From Candidatus Heimdallarchaeota archaeon (GTDB lineage Archaea; Asgardarchaeota; Wukongarchaeia; Wukongarchaeales; JBHIFL01), in the NCBI GenBank assembly GCA_046761065.1, contig JBHIFL010000001.1:111026-175025 (forward strand): a stretch of 64,000 bases of DNA. Reading direction: 5' to 3'. The position numbers and the translations under genes are program-made. Of this stretch, positions 38,430-48,221 are shown piece after piece (the first letter of the stretch is position 1; every line of letters starts with the position of its first letter). The notes beneath the pieces were generated by a model, which was not told where the DNA came from, ran no database searches, and was given only the letters and a program-made list of their open reading frames with translations.

Positions 38430-40409
38430 CTAGTTCTCGTAATCTTCGTTAGCGATGACTATGAATGGACGCATCATTTCATTGTCTTCGTGATCGAGGA
38501 TGTGGCAGTGCCAAACGTATCCTGGGCCTTCAGTGGCATCAAATGGATAGTCAGGGCTTCCATCGATGGGTGCAAAGCGCACTCGAATGACAGTGACCTG
38601 CCTAGGGTGAGCCTGAATGGTATCCTTCCAACCCTGCTCGTTCGGTGGTGCTTCCATCGGCATTCCCATCAAGTAGGGTTCAATGGGCAACTCATTTGGT
38701 GTATAACTCAGTGGAAATGGTGGCTCGCACGGTGCATTAAGCTCGATCCAATCATCCCAGTACTCTTCGGCATCAATCCATTGCCGACTGATGAGCTGGA
38801 ACTGAACCAGGTGCAAGTGGATTGGGTGTGTGTCCTCTGTAGGATTAACGATTACCCACTCTTCTGTTGAACCGAGCTTAGGCAGTTCAGTTATATCAGC
38901 AGCCCATTTTTGACCGTTTAGGAGGACCTCCAAGGGTTCGTCAGCCGAACTCATGACTTCGACCAATGGCAATATTCTCTCCTCACTAATCTCCTCTGGC
39001 AATGTGGGCCACTCATCAGTAAGGAGATTGTTAAGCGGATCTTGTAGCGGTTTTGACGCAAATCCTGCACTATCAGTTACTGTGAATTGCATTATTTGTC
39101 CTACTGTCTTTGGATCAGCTGGGTTACCACCTGGTGCGCCACCTTTGAATGGTGCATCGGCAGTGTTTGTAAGTATCACTTTGGTTCCTGTTTCTAAGCC
39201 TGAAAAGTCAACCAAAATGTCCGCCCTTTCACCAGGTGCGATAGTAAGCGCTTCTAGCCCATATACTGCTGATTTCAGGTAGCCACCATCACTCCCAATC
39301 TGTGTGAATGGTATGAGATCGCCATATCCTAATGGATTCCCCATTGAATCTTCACCGTCTTTTTCATAGAAGCTGAGCGTGTAGAAGCGTGCGTTTGACC
39401 CGTCCAAAAGACGGAGTCGGTACTGTCCCTTGTCCACGTTCAAATTTGGCCAGACCTTGCCATTAACCATTATTGTATTGCCAAAGAATTCAGGCTGCCA
39501 GTATGGGTGAACATCAGGGTTATTGCCGTCACTAGGGAAATACATTGAGCCGTCCTCCAGAAATATACGATCTTGAATCACGAGGGGTATCTCATATTTT
39601 CCAGAGGGCAGTAATGGAGCAACTTCGTCGGTGGGGTCTCGTAGGAGGTAGAAACCGGCAAGTCCCGACATAACATTCAGGCGGGTGATGCCCAAGGCAT
39701 GGTCGTGATACCACAGGGTTGTCGGCGGTTGCTCGTTCGGGTATACAAAGACGGCAGTATTGCCACCTTTAGCGCGTCTAGCTGTGTTGTACGTTGGACC
39801 GTGTTTCCCATTGATAGTGAACCAAGCATCTGGGTGACCGTCGGAGGTCGACTGGACTTCGCCTCCATGTAAGTGGGGGATTAGTGGAACTGGCCTTTGA
39901 GCTTCTGGATAACCTGGTGGGAAGAGGGGAGCTTCGACTGGATATTCTGGCATTGGGAAGTTATTGGGGTTCGCCCAGTGAAGAGTTGGGTCAATCGCAA
40001 ACATATGCGAAGACCAAATCCTGTTTTGCCAGTTCACGTAAGAGGGGATGCCTCTAACTGCTTCGAAGGTAGGTCCTGGCGAATTTCGGACAAAGCCTAA
40101 CCGGGTTCCTGTTACCGCATCTTTGGCTATACCTCCATAACCCCAAACCACTGTGGTCGGGTATCCGGGAGGTAAAATCTGCTGCTTGAAACTTTGCATA
40201 ACAACGGTGTACTCATGTCGTATCACTTCACTGCCTCTGCCTTTAATCACTCTTGGAACATATTCTGGCGGTGGACCAGCTAGTTGATTCACATACTTAG
40301 GAATAGTCTTCGGATCCAAAAAAACCGAGGCATCGGCTGAAGCTGGTGATGCTAGTACAAACACGAAGATTATGAGTAAACCAAGACTAAGGTTCTTTGT
40401 GTTGTGCAT
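38430..40409 (-). CDS. Secreted multicopper oxidase (CotA/bilirubin oxidase-like)
   Basis: Signal peptide and all four copper motifs: HLHG, WYHDH, HPIHLH and HCHILDHEDNEM. Confidence 0.95.
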   Translation of the reverse strand: MHNTKNLSLGLLIIFVFVLASPASADASVFLDPKTIPKYVNQLAGPPPEYVPRVIKGRGSEVIRHEYTVVMQSFKQQILPPGYPTTVVWGYGGIAKDAVTGTRLGFVRNSPGPTFEAVRGIPSYVNWQNRIWSSHMFAIDPTLHWANPNNFPMPEYPVEAPLFPPGYPEAQRPVPLIPHLHGGEVQSTSDGHPDAWFTINGKHGPTYNTARRAKGGNTAVFVYPNEQPPTTLWYHDHALGITRLNVMSGLAGFYLLRDPTDEVAPLLPSGKYEIPLVIQDRIFLEDGSMYFPSDGNNPDVHPYWQPEFFGNTIMVNGKVWPNLNVDKGQYRLRLLDGSNARFYTLSFYEKDGEDSMGNPLGYGDLIPFTQIGSDGGYLKSAVYGLEALTIAPGERADILVDFSGLETGTKVILTNTADAPFKGGAPGGNPADPKTVGQIMQFTVTDSAGFASKPLQDPLNNLLTDEWPTLPEEISEERILPLVEVMSSADEPLEVLLNGQKWAADITELPKLGSTEEWVIVNPTEDTHPIHLHLVQFQLISRQWIDAEEYWDDWIELNAPCEPPFPLSYTPNELPIEPYLMGMPMEAPPNEQGWKDTIQAHPRQVTVIRVRFAPIDGSPDYPFDATEGPGYVWHCHILDHEDNEMMRPFIVIANEDYEN

Positions 40410-40539
40410 TTTTTATACCTCAATTTTTTGTATAGTTTGTGATAATGTGAGATATTGTCCTTTTATGTTGGATAGTTTCTTTTTAGTTAGTTAATTTCCA
40501 TTTGGCTATTGGGTGTACCTTACATTTCGAAGGCAATTA

Positions 40540-40659
40540 TTCTCCAAAAAGTAGGATCCACAAGGATCTACGAGAGAACCTCCAAATAGGATGCTATTGC
40601 TCTGTCTGGTTCATAGTCCAGTTAAATGAACTAAGGAATCCATGCTGAGTTACAGATCC
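40540..40659 (-). pseudogene. Degenerate copy of the 5' half of tRNA-Arg(CCT), including two introns (att-like repeat)
   Basis: 40583-40659 aligns with 38025-38100 (CCAAATAGGA.GCT..GCTCT.TCT.G.TC.TAGT.C..TTAAATGAAC.AAG.AATCCATGCTGAG.TACAG..CC). Similarity stops at the 3' boundary of the anticodon intron. Confidence 0.8.
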
Positions 40660-40744
40660 TGTTCTCCTTTTTTTATGGAACATTAGAAATAGTACCATCT
40701 TGAATGCAAGACCAAAAATAAACCTAATGTAAAATTATAGTTGT

Positions 40745-42088
40745 TTATGATAGTGTTTTGAGCACATCTTCAAAAATGTTTAGACCTATTGTTAGCTCAT
40801 CCTCATTGATAATCAACGGGGGAACGATTCGAATAAGGGATTTCCCTGCCGGGAGCACGACAAGCCCTCGTTTGAATAGAGACTTAGTCATTTCGCTCTG
40901 TTCTTCTTTTGCAGGCTCCTTTGTTTTTTTATCTTTTACAAATTCAATACCAATCATAAGGCCTTTGCCCCGGACATCACCAACAATCTCATAGTCCTCT
41001 TTCCACTCATTAAGGCGTTTGAGAGCGATTTCACCCATGCGTGCAGCATTTTCGACAAGCCGCTCTTCTTCGATAATCGCAAGGGTGGTTAACGCCGCTG
41101 CACATGCTAGCATGTTTCCACCATAGGTATTGGCATGAGCTCCCTGAACCTCAAAGTTATAGTCTTCTCGCATCACAGTAGCACCCAGTGGGATCCCGTT
41201 GGCAATAGCTTTCGCGATTGTCACTACATCAGGAGCGACACCATAATGTTCAATTCCAAACATCTTACCTGTCCGCCCTATTCCCGCTTGGATTTCATCT
41301 GAAACAAATGCGATACCATGGCGCTTACAAGTAGTTGCAAGGTCTTGGATAAACTCGTCAGGAGGAGTTACATATCCCCCTTCACCTTGAATTGGTTCGA
41401 TAAAGAGAGCGGCTACGTCAGAAGCTGGAAGGAGGGTTTCAAACAAGACTTCTTCTAAGAATTTTCCACACCAAACTCCACAATCGGGGTATTTAAGCTT
41501 GTACGGACAACGATAGCAGTATGCATAAGGAATATGAACTACTCCTGGCATAATCGGCATATACAGCTGGCGGTGAACGGGTTTACTGGCTGTTAAGGCT
41601 AAAGAACCCATGGTGCGGCCATGGAACCCCCCGATTGTACTGATAAAAAAAGGGCGCTTTAATGCCCGTTTTGTGGCTTTGATTGCCGCTTCATTTGCTT
41701 CCGTTCCAGAATTTGATAAGAAAACTCGCTTTCCAAAAGTACCTGGGGTAATTTCTGCTAATTTCTCAGCAAGTTCTACTTGACGGGGATTGTAGTAATC
41801 TTGACCAGCTGCATGCACTAGGGCTTTTGCTTGTTCATATATCGTCTCGGTGTATCGCGGGTGATTATATCCAATGTTTGCTACAGCGATTCCTGCCGCA
41901 AAATCCAAAAACACATTCCCATCGACATCTTCGAGATAAACTCCATCGCCACTTGTAAATACAACGGGGAATACTTTGGTTGATGTGGCGAGTGCCTTCG
42001 TGTCCCGTTCTACAACCCTTTTAGCAATTGGCCCCGGAATTTCGGTAACAAGTTTCGGTTCTTTTTCGATCTTTGACATTAATATCAC
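40745..42088 (-). CDS. Class III PLP aminotransferase (acetylornithine/4-aminobutyrate family)
   Basis: DVDGNVFLDF, SNSGTEANEAA, FHGRT, EPIQGEGG, DEIQAGIGRTG and the PLP lysine in TIAKAIANG. Confidence 0.93.
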   Translation of the reverse strand: MILMSKIEKEPKLVTEIPGPIAKRVVERDTKALATSTKVFPVVFTSGDGVYLEDVDGNVFLDFAAGIAVANIGYNHPRYTETIYEQAKALVHAAGQDYYNPRQVELAEKLAEITPGTFGKRVFLSNSGTEANEAAIKATKRALKRPFFISTIGGFHGRTMGSLALTASKPVHRQLYMPIMPGVVHIPYAYCYRCPYKLKYPDCGVWCGKFLEEVLFETLLPASDVAALFIEPIQGEGGYVTPPDEFIQDLATTCKRHGIAFVSDEIQAGIGRTGKMFGIEHYGVAPDVVTIAKAIANGIPLGATVMREDYNFEVQGAHANTYGGNMLACAAALTTLAIIEEERLVENAARMGEIALKRLNEWKEDYEIVGDVRGKGLMIGIEFVKDKKTKEPAKEEQSEMTKSLFKRGLVVLPAGKSLIRIVPPLIINEDELTIGLNIFEDVLKTLS

Positions 42089-42605
42089 TCCTGCTTTTTA
42101 CTTCTTGTTGCATAAAAGCCCCTGAGTGAGGGATTCGCATCCAAACTGTCGAGTGTATATCTTTTCACATTGGACTCGTTATAAAACGAATGATTCATCT
42201 TCATCCCACGAATATTCCATCTCGACAGGGCCAGGAAGTGTGTCTGGCTGTCCTGCGAGTGTTGCCAAAGCAAATAGGCAGCAAAGTTCTAGATTCATGG
42301 CAGGAAAAGTGTCAAATATAAGAGGGGAGACAAGAGGAATAACTCATAGATAGGGGGATTGTATTCTTTTTAATATTTGTGGGAGAATACACCGCTGCTT
42401 AGAGTGTGGTAAATCCAACGAGGGTAAAGATAGCTGGACCTCTTCATATATCTATGGATATCCTCCTTTCTTTCCTCCCCCAACCGTTCCTATGGTATAA
42501 CTCTGCACCCAAAATTTGTCCTGAATTCTTCTCTTAATTCCAAGATCTATATTTCCTCGGATTTCCCCGTCCACCACACAACAATTACAAAAACAACGAT
42601 AGGAA

Positions 42606-42635
42606 AAGCTTCGTCCCTAGGACGGAGTAGTTCAC
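42606..42635 (+). mobile_element. Isolated IS200/IS605 (TnpB-type) right-end hairpin
   Basis: AAG-CTTCGTCC-CTA-GGACGGAG-TAGTTCAC; the terminal GGAGTAGTTCAC is identical to 50919-50930. Confidence 0.65.
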
Positions 42636-42744
42636 TACTTATCATGGAGTAAGAAGCTGTGCTTGGTGGAAAGTGCTGCATCTTGTATATTAATTGCCTA
42701 AAGAAAAAAAGAACAGCCTAGATAGTCTTTAATCTTAAGGTTAG

Positions 42745-42905
42745 CGGGCCCAGCGGGATTTCCAAAGGAAAGGCCTGCTTTCTCTTCTTTGAACCCGTGA
42801 CCCCCAGCTTTTTACCACCAATAACAGCATTTAGGTGTCCGCAAGCTGGTGCTCTAGACGACCCATCTTTTGAAGGGGGTTCTATCCAAACTGAGCTATG
42901 GGCCC
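42745..42905 (-). tRNA. tRNA-Arg(GCG) with three introns
   Basis: Removing ~42857-42884 (D-arm, 28 nt), 42810-42838 (37/38, 29 nt) and ~42762-42790 (T-loop, 29 nt) gives GGGCCCATAGCTCAGTTTGGATAGAGCACCAGCTTGCGGAGCTGGGGGTCACGGGTTCAAATCCCGCTGGGCCCG. CCA is not encoded. Confidence 0.9.
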
Positions 42906-42927
42906 AATGATTTGACTTGGGATTCGG

Positions 42928-42946
42928 TTTAAATGCTTAAAGTTTT
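42928..42946 (-). promoter_or_regulatory. Putative BRE/TATA promoter of tRNA-Arg(GCG)
   Basis: The minus strand reads AAAAACTTTAAGCATTTAAA, 23-40 nt upstream of the tRNA 5' end. Confidence 0.4.
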
Positions 42947-43268
42947 TGGGTTGTAGAGAAGAATTCAATGGCAACCTTGTATCAAGCTCTATAAAAATAT
43001 TTATTCTTTTTTGATTGAAAATCAATTAGCAATAGGCTTTATATTTGGAAAAATGGCAAGAGTAAAGACATATTTCGACAAATCAAAGTCTTGCCTTTCT
43101 ATAACACAGCTCTCTTGGTTTCCACCTAATCATAAGTAGCTATTTCCAATTCACCATACTGTTCTCACCATTCTTCTAATAAATGAATGGGGAAAGCTTC
43201 TTAATTAAGAAAGCAATTTCTTAGTAAAAAAATCTATGCTGAGGGGTTGAGAGCCGACGATGATATTA

Positions 43269-44684
43269 TCATTTCTCAGGGAATTCTTTGGTTAATGGGA
43301 GGTTCCGCCAAGCCCAAACTGCTGTGGCGGCAAAAATCATGATTTCAGCCACCAGAGAGGACAGAAAGAATATTCCTATTGGTTCTGTGTACAAAGGGCT
43401 TGGAGGCGGATTAATATAAACTTTGCCATTGGATACTTCCAAATAAGAATACCCTCTCGTGTGTACGGACACGGTGGGGGTAACCCATCCACGAAACATC
43501 CCTGTTGTATCGATTGTACCGAAATAGGTTCCATTGACCTCTGCCGTCATGGTAACATTACTTTTAATTTGTTCTGTTTTCTTTAATCCAAAGATTGGGG
43601 GATCTTCACTATTTAGACGTTCAATGACCGTCCCATTCTGATCCGTTATAATTATTGTACCTGTTATATTTGTCCCATAATCAATCGTGGTACTAGTGTT
43701 ATTTCCTAAGACATCCACAACAAAGTCTCTATAAGTAATAACTCCCGATAGTTTTGCTAACCATTCCATTATGTTTTTTAGGAAGACGGCTGTGTCCCCG
43801 AAGGCGCTTTGTAGGTCGAATCGGGATTCACCGGATTCAGCCGTTGTGTTCTCATAAGTTACAAATGTAGTGTTGACTATCGCAGAAGATCCTACTCCAA
43901 CAAGTCTCGCGCCAAGAGAAGTTTCCATAGCGACTCCTAAAATAACATCGGATCCGGTTATGTTGCTATTTTCCCGTGTTGTAGTGGTCGGTGCGCCCCA
44001 CATGAAAGCGTGAAGATCAACCGAGACATTTTGGAAAGAGATTGGGGGTTGCCACGGTTGTATCTCGGTTGAATTAATTCGAATGTTTTGGCCATAGAAC
44101 CCAACTTCTCGAACATTGGCAGTCAGAGGGATTGAATCAAATATCGTGACACGCGCCAGAACCTCGGAGTTGTTATAATGAGTAACCGGGTCAATAACGG
44201 TATTGTTCTCAAAGGCGAGACCGAACGGCTTTGTAAGTTCGTCTATATTCGTCTTATTGAAGCGAGATGGCATGATTAAAAGACTGCCATTGGTGTGTAG
44301 AAACTCTGTTATCGCTTCAATCTCACTATCTGAGCCAGAAGTGAAATTCAGTGTTGGGCCAGCAAGAACTAAAACATCCTGATCCTCGAGAACTCTTTCT
44401 GTTATCGTTTTAGTATTATTTTCAACTGTATAGGTGCTATTGAGATATTTCCAGAATCCAGCTAACTGCGATTCATTATATTCCGGTTCATGAAAGAGGT
44501 CAAATAAGATTTTTGTTTCGTTTTTTGGACGGAGCCCATTTTCAGATTCATCTTGAGGCGTAAGTACGCCATGCTTTATAAGAAGTGGGCTACCTCCTTT
44601 TCGATATGGCGCCGCATCAACAAATCCCACAAGAAAATAAGAAGAGAGGAGGATAAATAATAGGACCAATTTGGATGCTTTCAT
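43269..44684 (-). CDS. Wbp1/OST48 (DDOST)-like type I membrane protein with GIFT domain
   Basis: Signal peptide, a GIFT-like domain (ILFDLFH, DVLVLAGP, EFLHTNGSLLI), NTVIDP, GARLVGVGS, EWLAKLSGVI, TRGYSYLE...VYINP and one C-terminal TM helix; many NxS/T sequons. Confidence 0.7.
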   Translation of the reverse strand: MKASKLVLLFILLSSYFLVGFVDAAPYRKGGSPLLIKHGVLTPQDESENGLRPKNETKILFDLFHEPEYNESQLAGFWKYLNSTYTVENNTKTITERVLEDQDVLVLAGPTLNFTSGSDSEIEAITEFLHTNGSLLIMPSRFNKTNIDELTKPFGLAFENNTVIDPVTHYNNSEVLARVTIFDSIPLTANVREVGFYGQNIRINSTEIQPWQPPISFQNVSVDLHAFMWGAPTTTTRENSNITGSDVILGVAMETSLGARLVGVGSSAIVNTTFVTYENTTAESGESRFDLQSAFGDTAVFLKNIMEWLAKLSGVITYRDFVVDVLGNNTSTTIDYGTNITGTIIITDQNGTVIERLNSEDPPIFGLKKTEQIKSNVTMTAEVNGTYFGTIDTTGMFRGWVTPTVSVHTRGYSYLEVSNGKVYINPPPSPLYTEPIGIFFLSSLVAEIMIFAATAVWAWRNLPLTKEFPEK

Positions 44685-44830
44685 GATAATCTTCTCAAAC
44701 GACCTCGAACCCTATTACCCAAATTTAAATCGATCGATTATTCAATTAGTGACTTGCAAGGTTGTGAAGCTGTAAATATTTAAACTAGTATAAAACTTCC
44801 CCAGCCATCGAATTCTGGGGGGCTGCGTTA

Positions 44831-45394
44831 TTGACACCAAAAGTTTCTTCTAAGCGAATTGTGGAAGGACTAAGCTCAATATTAGAGTTACGAGGGTATA
44901 ATATTCTTGAAACCCAAGAACAGGAAGAAGGAATCGACATTATAGCCGAAATAAAAGGGAAATCGGGAAAAAAAGAACGATTATTAACCTACATACCGGA
45001 AAAAGAGGTAGTTGGCGTTAAAATAATTCGAGATATCATAAAAAGGGTGGAAGAAGAAGGATTTGCAAGAGTTCTCATCTCCGCAAAAGAAAAATTTACC
45101 CCCTACGCCAAGAGAGAAGCGGATGAAGCCCAAATCGAGTTACTTGCTGGTCCGTTCCCCCTCTTTGATATTTTTGCTCATGAGTTGGTTCCCGATCATA
45201 AGTTTGCAACCAAAGAAGAGATTGAAAAATTACAACGAAAATTCGGTGTCAAACTATCTCAGTTGCCAAAAATCTCTGTCAATGATCCCGTTGCTCGAAC
45301 TCTGGGGGCTCGGGTCGGGGATGTGCTCCGAATTACCCGGGAAAGCGAAACCTCAAAGATATCAGGGGTCTATCGAGTTGTTATAGAGGATTAG
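44831..45394 (+). CDS. rpoH: RNA polymerase subunit Rpo5/RpoH with eukaryote-like Rpb5 N-terminal domain
   Basis: C-terminal HELVPDH, QLPKI..NDPVAR.LG...GDV.RITRESET....YRVV; N-terminal ~110 aa containing VGVKIIR...FTPYAK. Confidence 0.92.
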   Translation: MTPKVSSKRIVEGLSSILELRGYNILETQEQEEGIDIIAEIKGKSGKKERLLTYIPEKEVVGVKIIRDIIKRVEEEGFARVLISAKEKFTPYAKREADEAQIELLAGPFPLFDIFAHELVPDHKFATKEEIEKLQRKFGVKLSQLPKISVNDPVARTLGARVGDVLRITRESETSKISGVYRVVIED

Positions 45395-45538
45395 AATAAT
45401 AATAGACACGAAAGATAAATGAATAGCACTCTTTACTCTAATACGAGGTTTGAGGGTTTCTGTTGAAGCCTTTAAGATTCGGGGCTCTTCCCAATTTCAG
45501 AGGTCACTATCTTGTTTTAACCCTGAGTGATCAAAAGG

Positions 45539-46531
45539 TCATCGCGAAACGAAATGTTCATACCCTGTTGGGTCGAGCTCTTCGTCACCCAGGAGGATTT
45601 TCCGCTCCCTTATCACTTCGCCAATTTGGGTGACCTTACTTCCCAATTCTTGGAAAACACCTGTAATCATGTCAGTCATTTTTGCATGGATGGTGAATAC
45701 TAGCTCGTACTCTTCTCCCCCATACAAAACGAGCTGTTCGGGATTTAGTTTATTGATTTTTGCAAACTTTCTTACTGACTCTGGTATTGGGAGGTGGTGG
45801 ACTCTTATTCCTACTTGACTTGCCTCAGCTAATTCGAAAAGGGATCTGACTAACCCATCACTACTATCAATACAAGCAGTAGCTATGCCACTCCTCCCAA
45901 GGGCAATCCCTTCCCGGACTCGTGCTTTGGGAGTAGTCACAGATCGAACAAGCGTCCTTTTTAACTCAACAGGTGCCGATAGGTCATTTACTGCAATTTT
46001 TAATCCTGCTCCGGTAAGAAATTCTCCAGTTAAAAATACTTTGTCTCCAACCTTCGCCCCACTTCGCGTCATTACATTTTGTGGACAAGCCACACCAAAT
46101 GTTACTCCCGAAATAATAGTATCCCTAGATTCGGATAAGTCGCCTCCGAGATAACGCATACCATATTCCGCCGCCCCTTCGCGCATACCACGCACAAGTT
46201 CGAGGACATCTCTTAATCGGGTTTTCGGTGGGACACCTATTGAGGAGATGAAACCTCTTGGCTTCACACCTTTTGCTCCTAGGTCACTTACAGCCATTAT
46301 CACTGTCTTCCGCCCTCCTTGCCGCAGGGTCATCTTAATATTGGTTGGAATATCAGTTGGCCAGAATAGCGTGTCAATATTTACAACAAGTAACGAATCC
46401 TGTTCAAGAAGGATGCCAACGGCATCATCATTGCCCACTAAAACATCGCTATTATCTATTTCTTTCAAAATCATCCGGATTAAGCCTTTTTCGCCTATTT
46501 TAGAAATAGGATCGTGTTTACCCTTGATCAT
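45539..46531 (-). CDS. thiL: Thiamine-monophosphate kinase
   Basis: IGEKGLI, NDDA, SDLGAKG, GGD, RSGAKVGD, IDSSDGL and GGEEYELVFT. Confidence 0.93.
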   Translation of the reverse strand: MIKGKHDPISKIGEKGLIRMILKEIDNSDVLVGNDDAVGILLEQDSLLVVNIDTLFWPTDIPTNIKMTLRQGGRKTVIMAVSDLGAKGVKPRGFISSIGVPPKTRLRDVLELVRGMREGAAEYGMRYLGGDLSESRDTIISGVTFGVACPQNVMTRSGAKVGDKVFLTGEFLTGAGLKIAVNDLSAPVELKRTLVRSVTTPKARVREGIALGRSGIATACIDSSDGLVRSLFELAEASQVGIRVHHLPIPESVRKFAKINKLNPEQLVLYGGEEYELVFTIHAKMTDMITGVFQELGSKVTQIGEVIRERKILLGDEELDPTGYEHFVSR

Positions 46532-46877
46532 ACTTACACCGTCATGGGTCGTGATTTGCGTTTCTCCGTAAACGAGTTAAAAATCTATAAAGACATGAGC
46601 TTCATGATAGAGCAAATGACCGTTAGACTCATGTTTTAAATGATTTAAAACTTATAAAAAAGTTCACTGATTTTATATGAGTTTCACAAAAAAGTTCATC
46701 GCATCTCATGGAAATCTTCTTATTATAAAGTTTCCTGTCTCTTGAAACAACTTGTATAGAGAAATTGCTTACATAGTGAGTTATCTCCTCTTGTGAGAAG
46801 CATCGGAACCATCATGACTAGGAAGATAGAATCCATCATTCCCACGAGAGCTCGCCAAGAAAAAAGAGTGGGTCAGT

Positions 46878-48119
46878 TTGGACAAAAACCATGTAGATTT
46901 GACTAACAACTCCAGACCTCCACGCGTTTATTTCGGTGTTAATGGCATAGGAGCGGGCCATATCAAACGATCTTTGCATATTGCTCATGAACTCACTAAG
47001 AAAGGAATTGAACTTTCTTTTAGCACATACAACGATCCTGCACTCATTAATCTAATCCAATTAGACGGTTTTCATGTCGCAAAAGTCCCTCCAATAGTGT
47101 GGGTAGATAGAAAAGATGGCACAATAGATGTGAAGCGATCTATTGTACGGTTTCCGCTCATTGTCATTACTTTGATAAAGCAAATTGTCGCTGAGGTCAG
47201 ACATCTCTTGCAATTTGAACCCGACCTAGTTGTGTCTGATGCACGATTTTCAACAATCGTTGCCGCCAAAATTCTACGGCGCCCAGTTATCCTGCTAAAC
47301 CATGTCTATCGAGTTCCGCTCCCTAAGAAGGGAGCGATGTGGGGGAGAATCCGGCCTCTAAAAGAAGCGTATGAAACGTTTCTGAATTTTATCCTGTTTT
47401 TCTTATGGCAACGAGCGAATTGCCATTTGGTTCCAGACTTACCACCCCCATGCTTTCTTGCAACAGAGACCCTTCATCTACCCGCCTCGTTTCTTGGTCG
47501 ACTGCGGTTCATTGGGGCGATCATGCCTGCTAACCCCCAATACTCCAATCAAAACGCCCAGAAAGGAGACGGGAGACCGCATGTGTTTGTAGTCATTGGA
47601 GGGACCGCCTTTGCACGAAAACAAATGACCCAAGTAGTGCATGAGATTGTTAGTGCACTTCCAGATTTCAACTTTACAATCACCTTGGGCGATCCATCTC
47701 GAAGAAATTATGAGAAACGTGAAGAAGAGGGCGCAAGAATAGTGGAACTCTTCGGCTGGATTGATGATCCTCATATGTATTACCAGAAATGTGATGTGAT
47801 AATAGCTAGACCAGGTCACAATACAGTCACCGAAGCATTACTCCATGGCAAACCCATGTTATTGCTCCCTATTAAAAATCACTTAGAATACATTTCTATC
47901 GCCAAAAAAATCGAAGAGATGGGTATAGGAATTCAATTACTCGAAGGAAAAATCTCTATCGAGAAGGTAAAGACCGCATTGCAAATACTTCTTTCCCCTA
48001 AATGCAAAACTCGGAGCAAAAGACTTGGTATTTGGGCACGAAAATATAATGGACGAAATATTGTGGTCTGTGAAATCTTGAGGTATATTACCACTTTAAA
48101 ACAGTTTAAACGCCGGTAA
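46878..48119 (+). CDS. GT-B glycosyltransferase (GT28/MurG/MJ1255-like)
   Basis: GVNGIGAGHIKR, PDLVVSD, IGG and IARPGHNTVTEALLHGKP...H.E. Confidence 0.88.
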   Translation: MDKNHVDLTNNSRPPRVYFGVNGIGAGHIKRSLHIAHELTKKGIELSFSTYNDPALINLIQLDGFHVAKVPPIVWVDRKDGTIDVKRSIVRFPLIVITLIKQIVAEVRHLLQFEPDLVVSDARFSTIVAAKILRRPVILLNHVYRVPLPKKGAMWGRIRPLKEAYETFLNFILFFLWQRANCHLVPDLPPPCFLATETLHLPASFLGRLRFIGAIMPANPQYSNQNAQKGDGRPHVFVVIGGTAFARKQMTQVVHEIVSALPDFNFTITLGDPSRRNYEKREEEGARIVELFGWIDDPHMYYQKCDVIIARPGHNTVTEALLHGKPMLLLPIKNHLEYISIAKKIEEMGIGIQLLEGKISIEKVKTALQILLSPKCKTRSKRLGIWARKYNGRNIVVCEILRYITTLKQFKRR

Positions 48120-48221
48120 CTAATCATTTGGGTGATCAACAAGCCGGTCCTACATCTGTAAAAAAAGATCTGGATATTATTGATCATATAACTTAAAATT
48201 CAGCAAAAAAAGATGTAAAAA

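Noticed and set aside
40540-40659. Functional split-tRNA 5' half
   Set aside because: The acceptor, D-stem and anticodon-stem bases are mutated, so it is better explained as a decayed duplicate.
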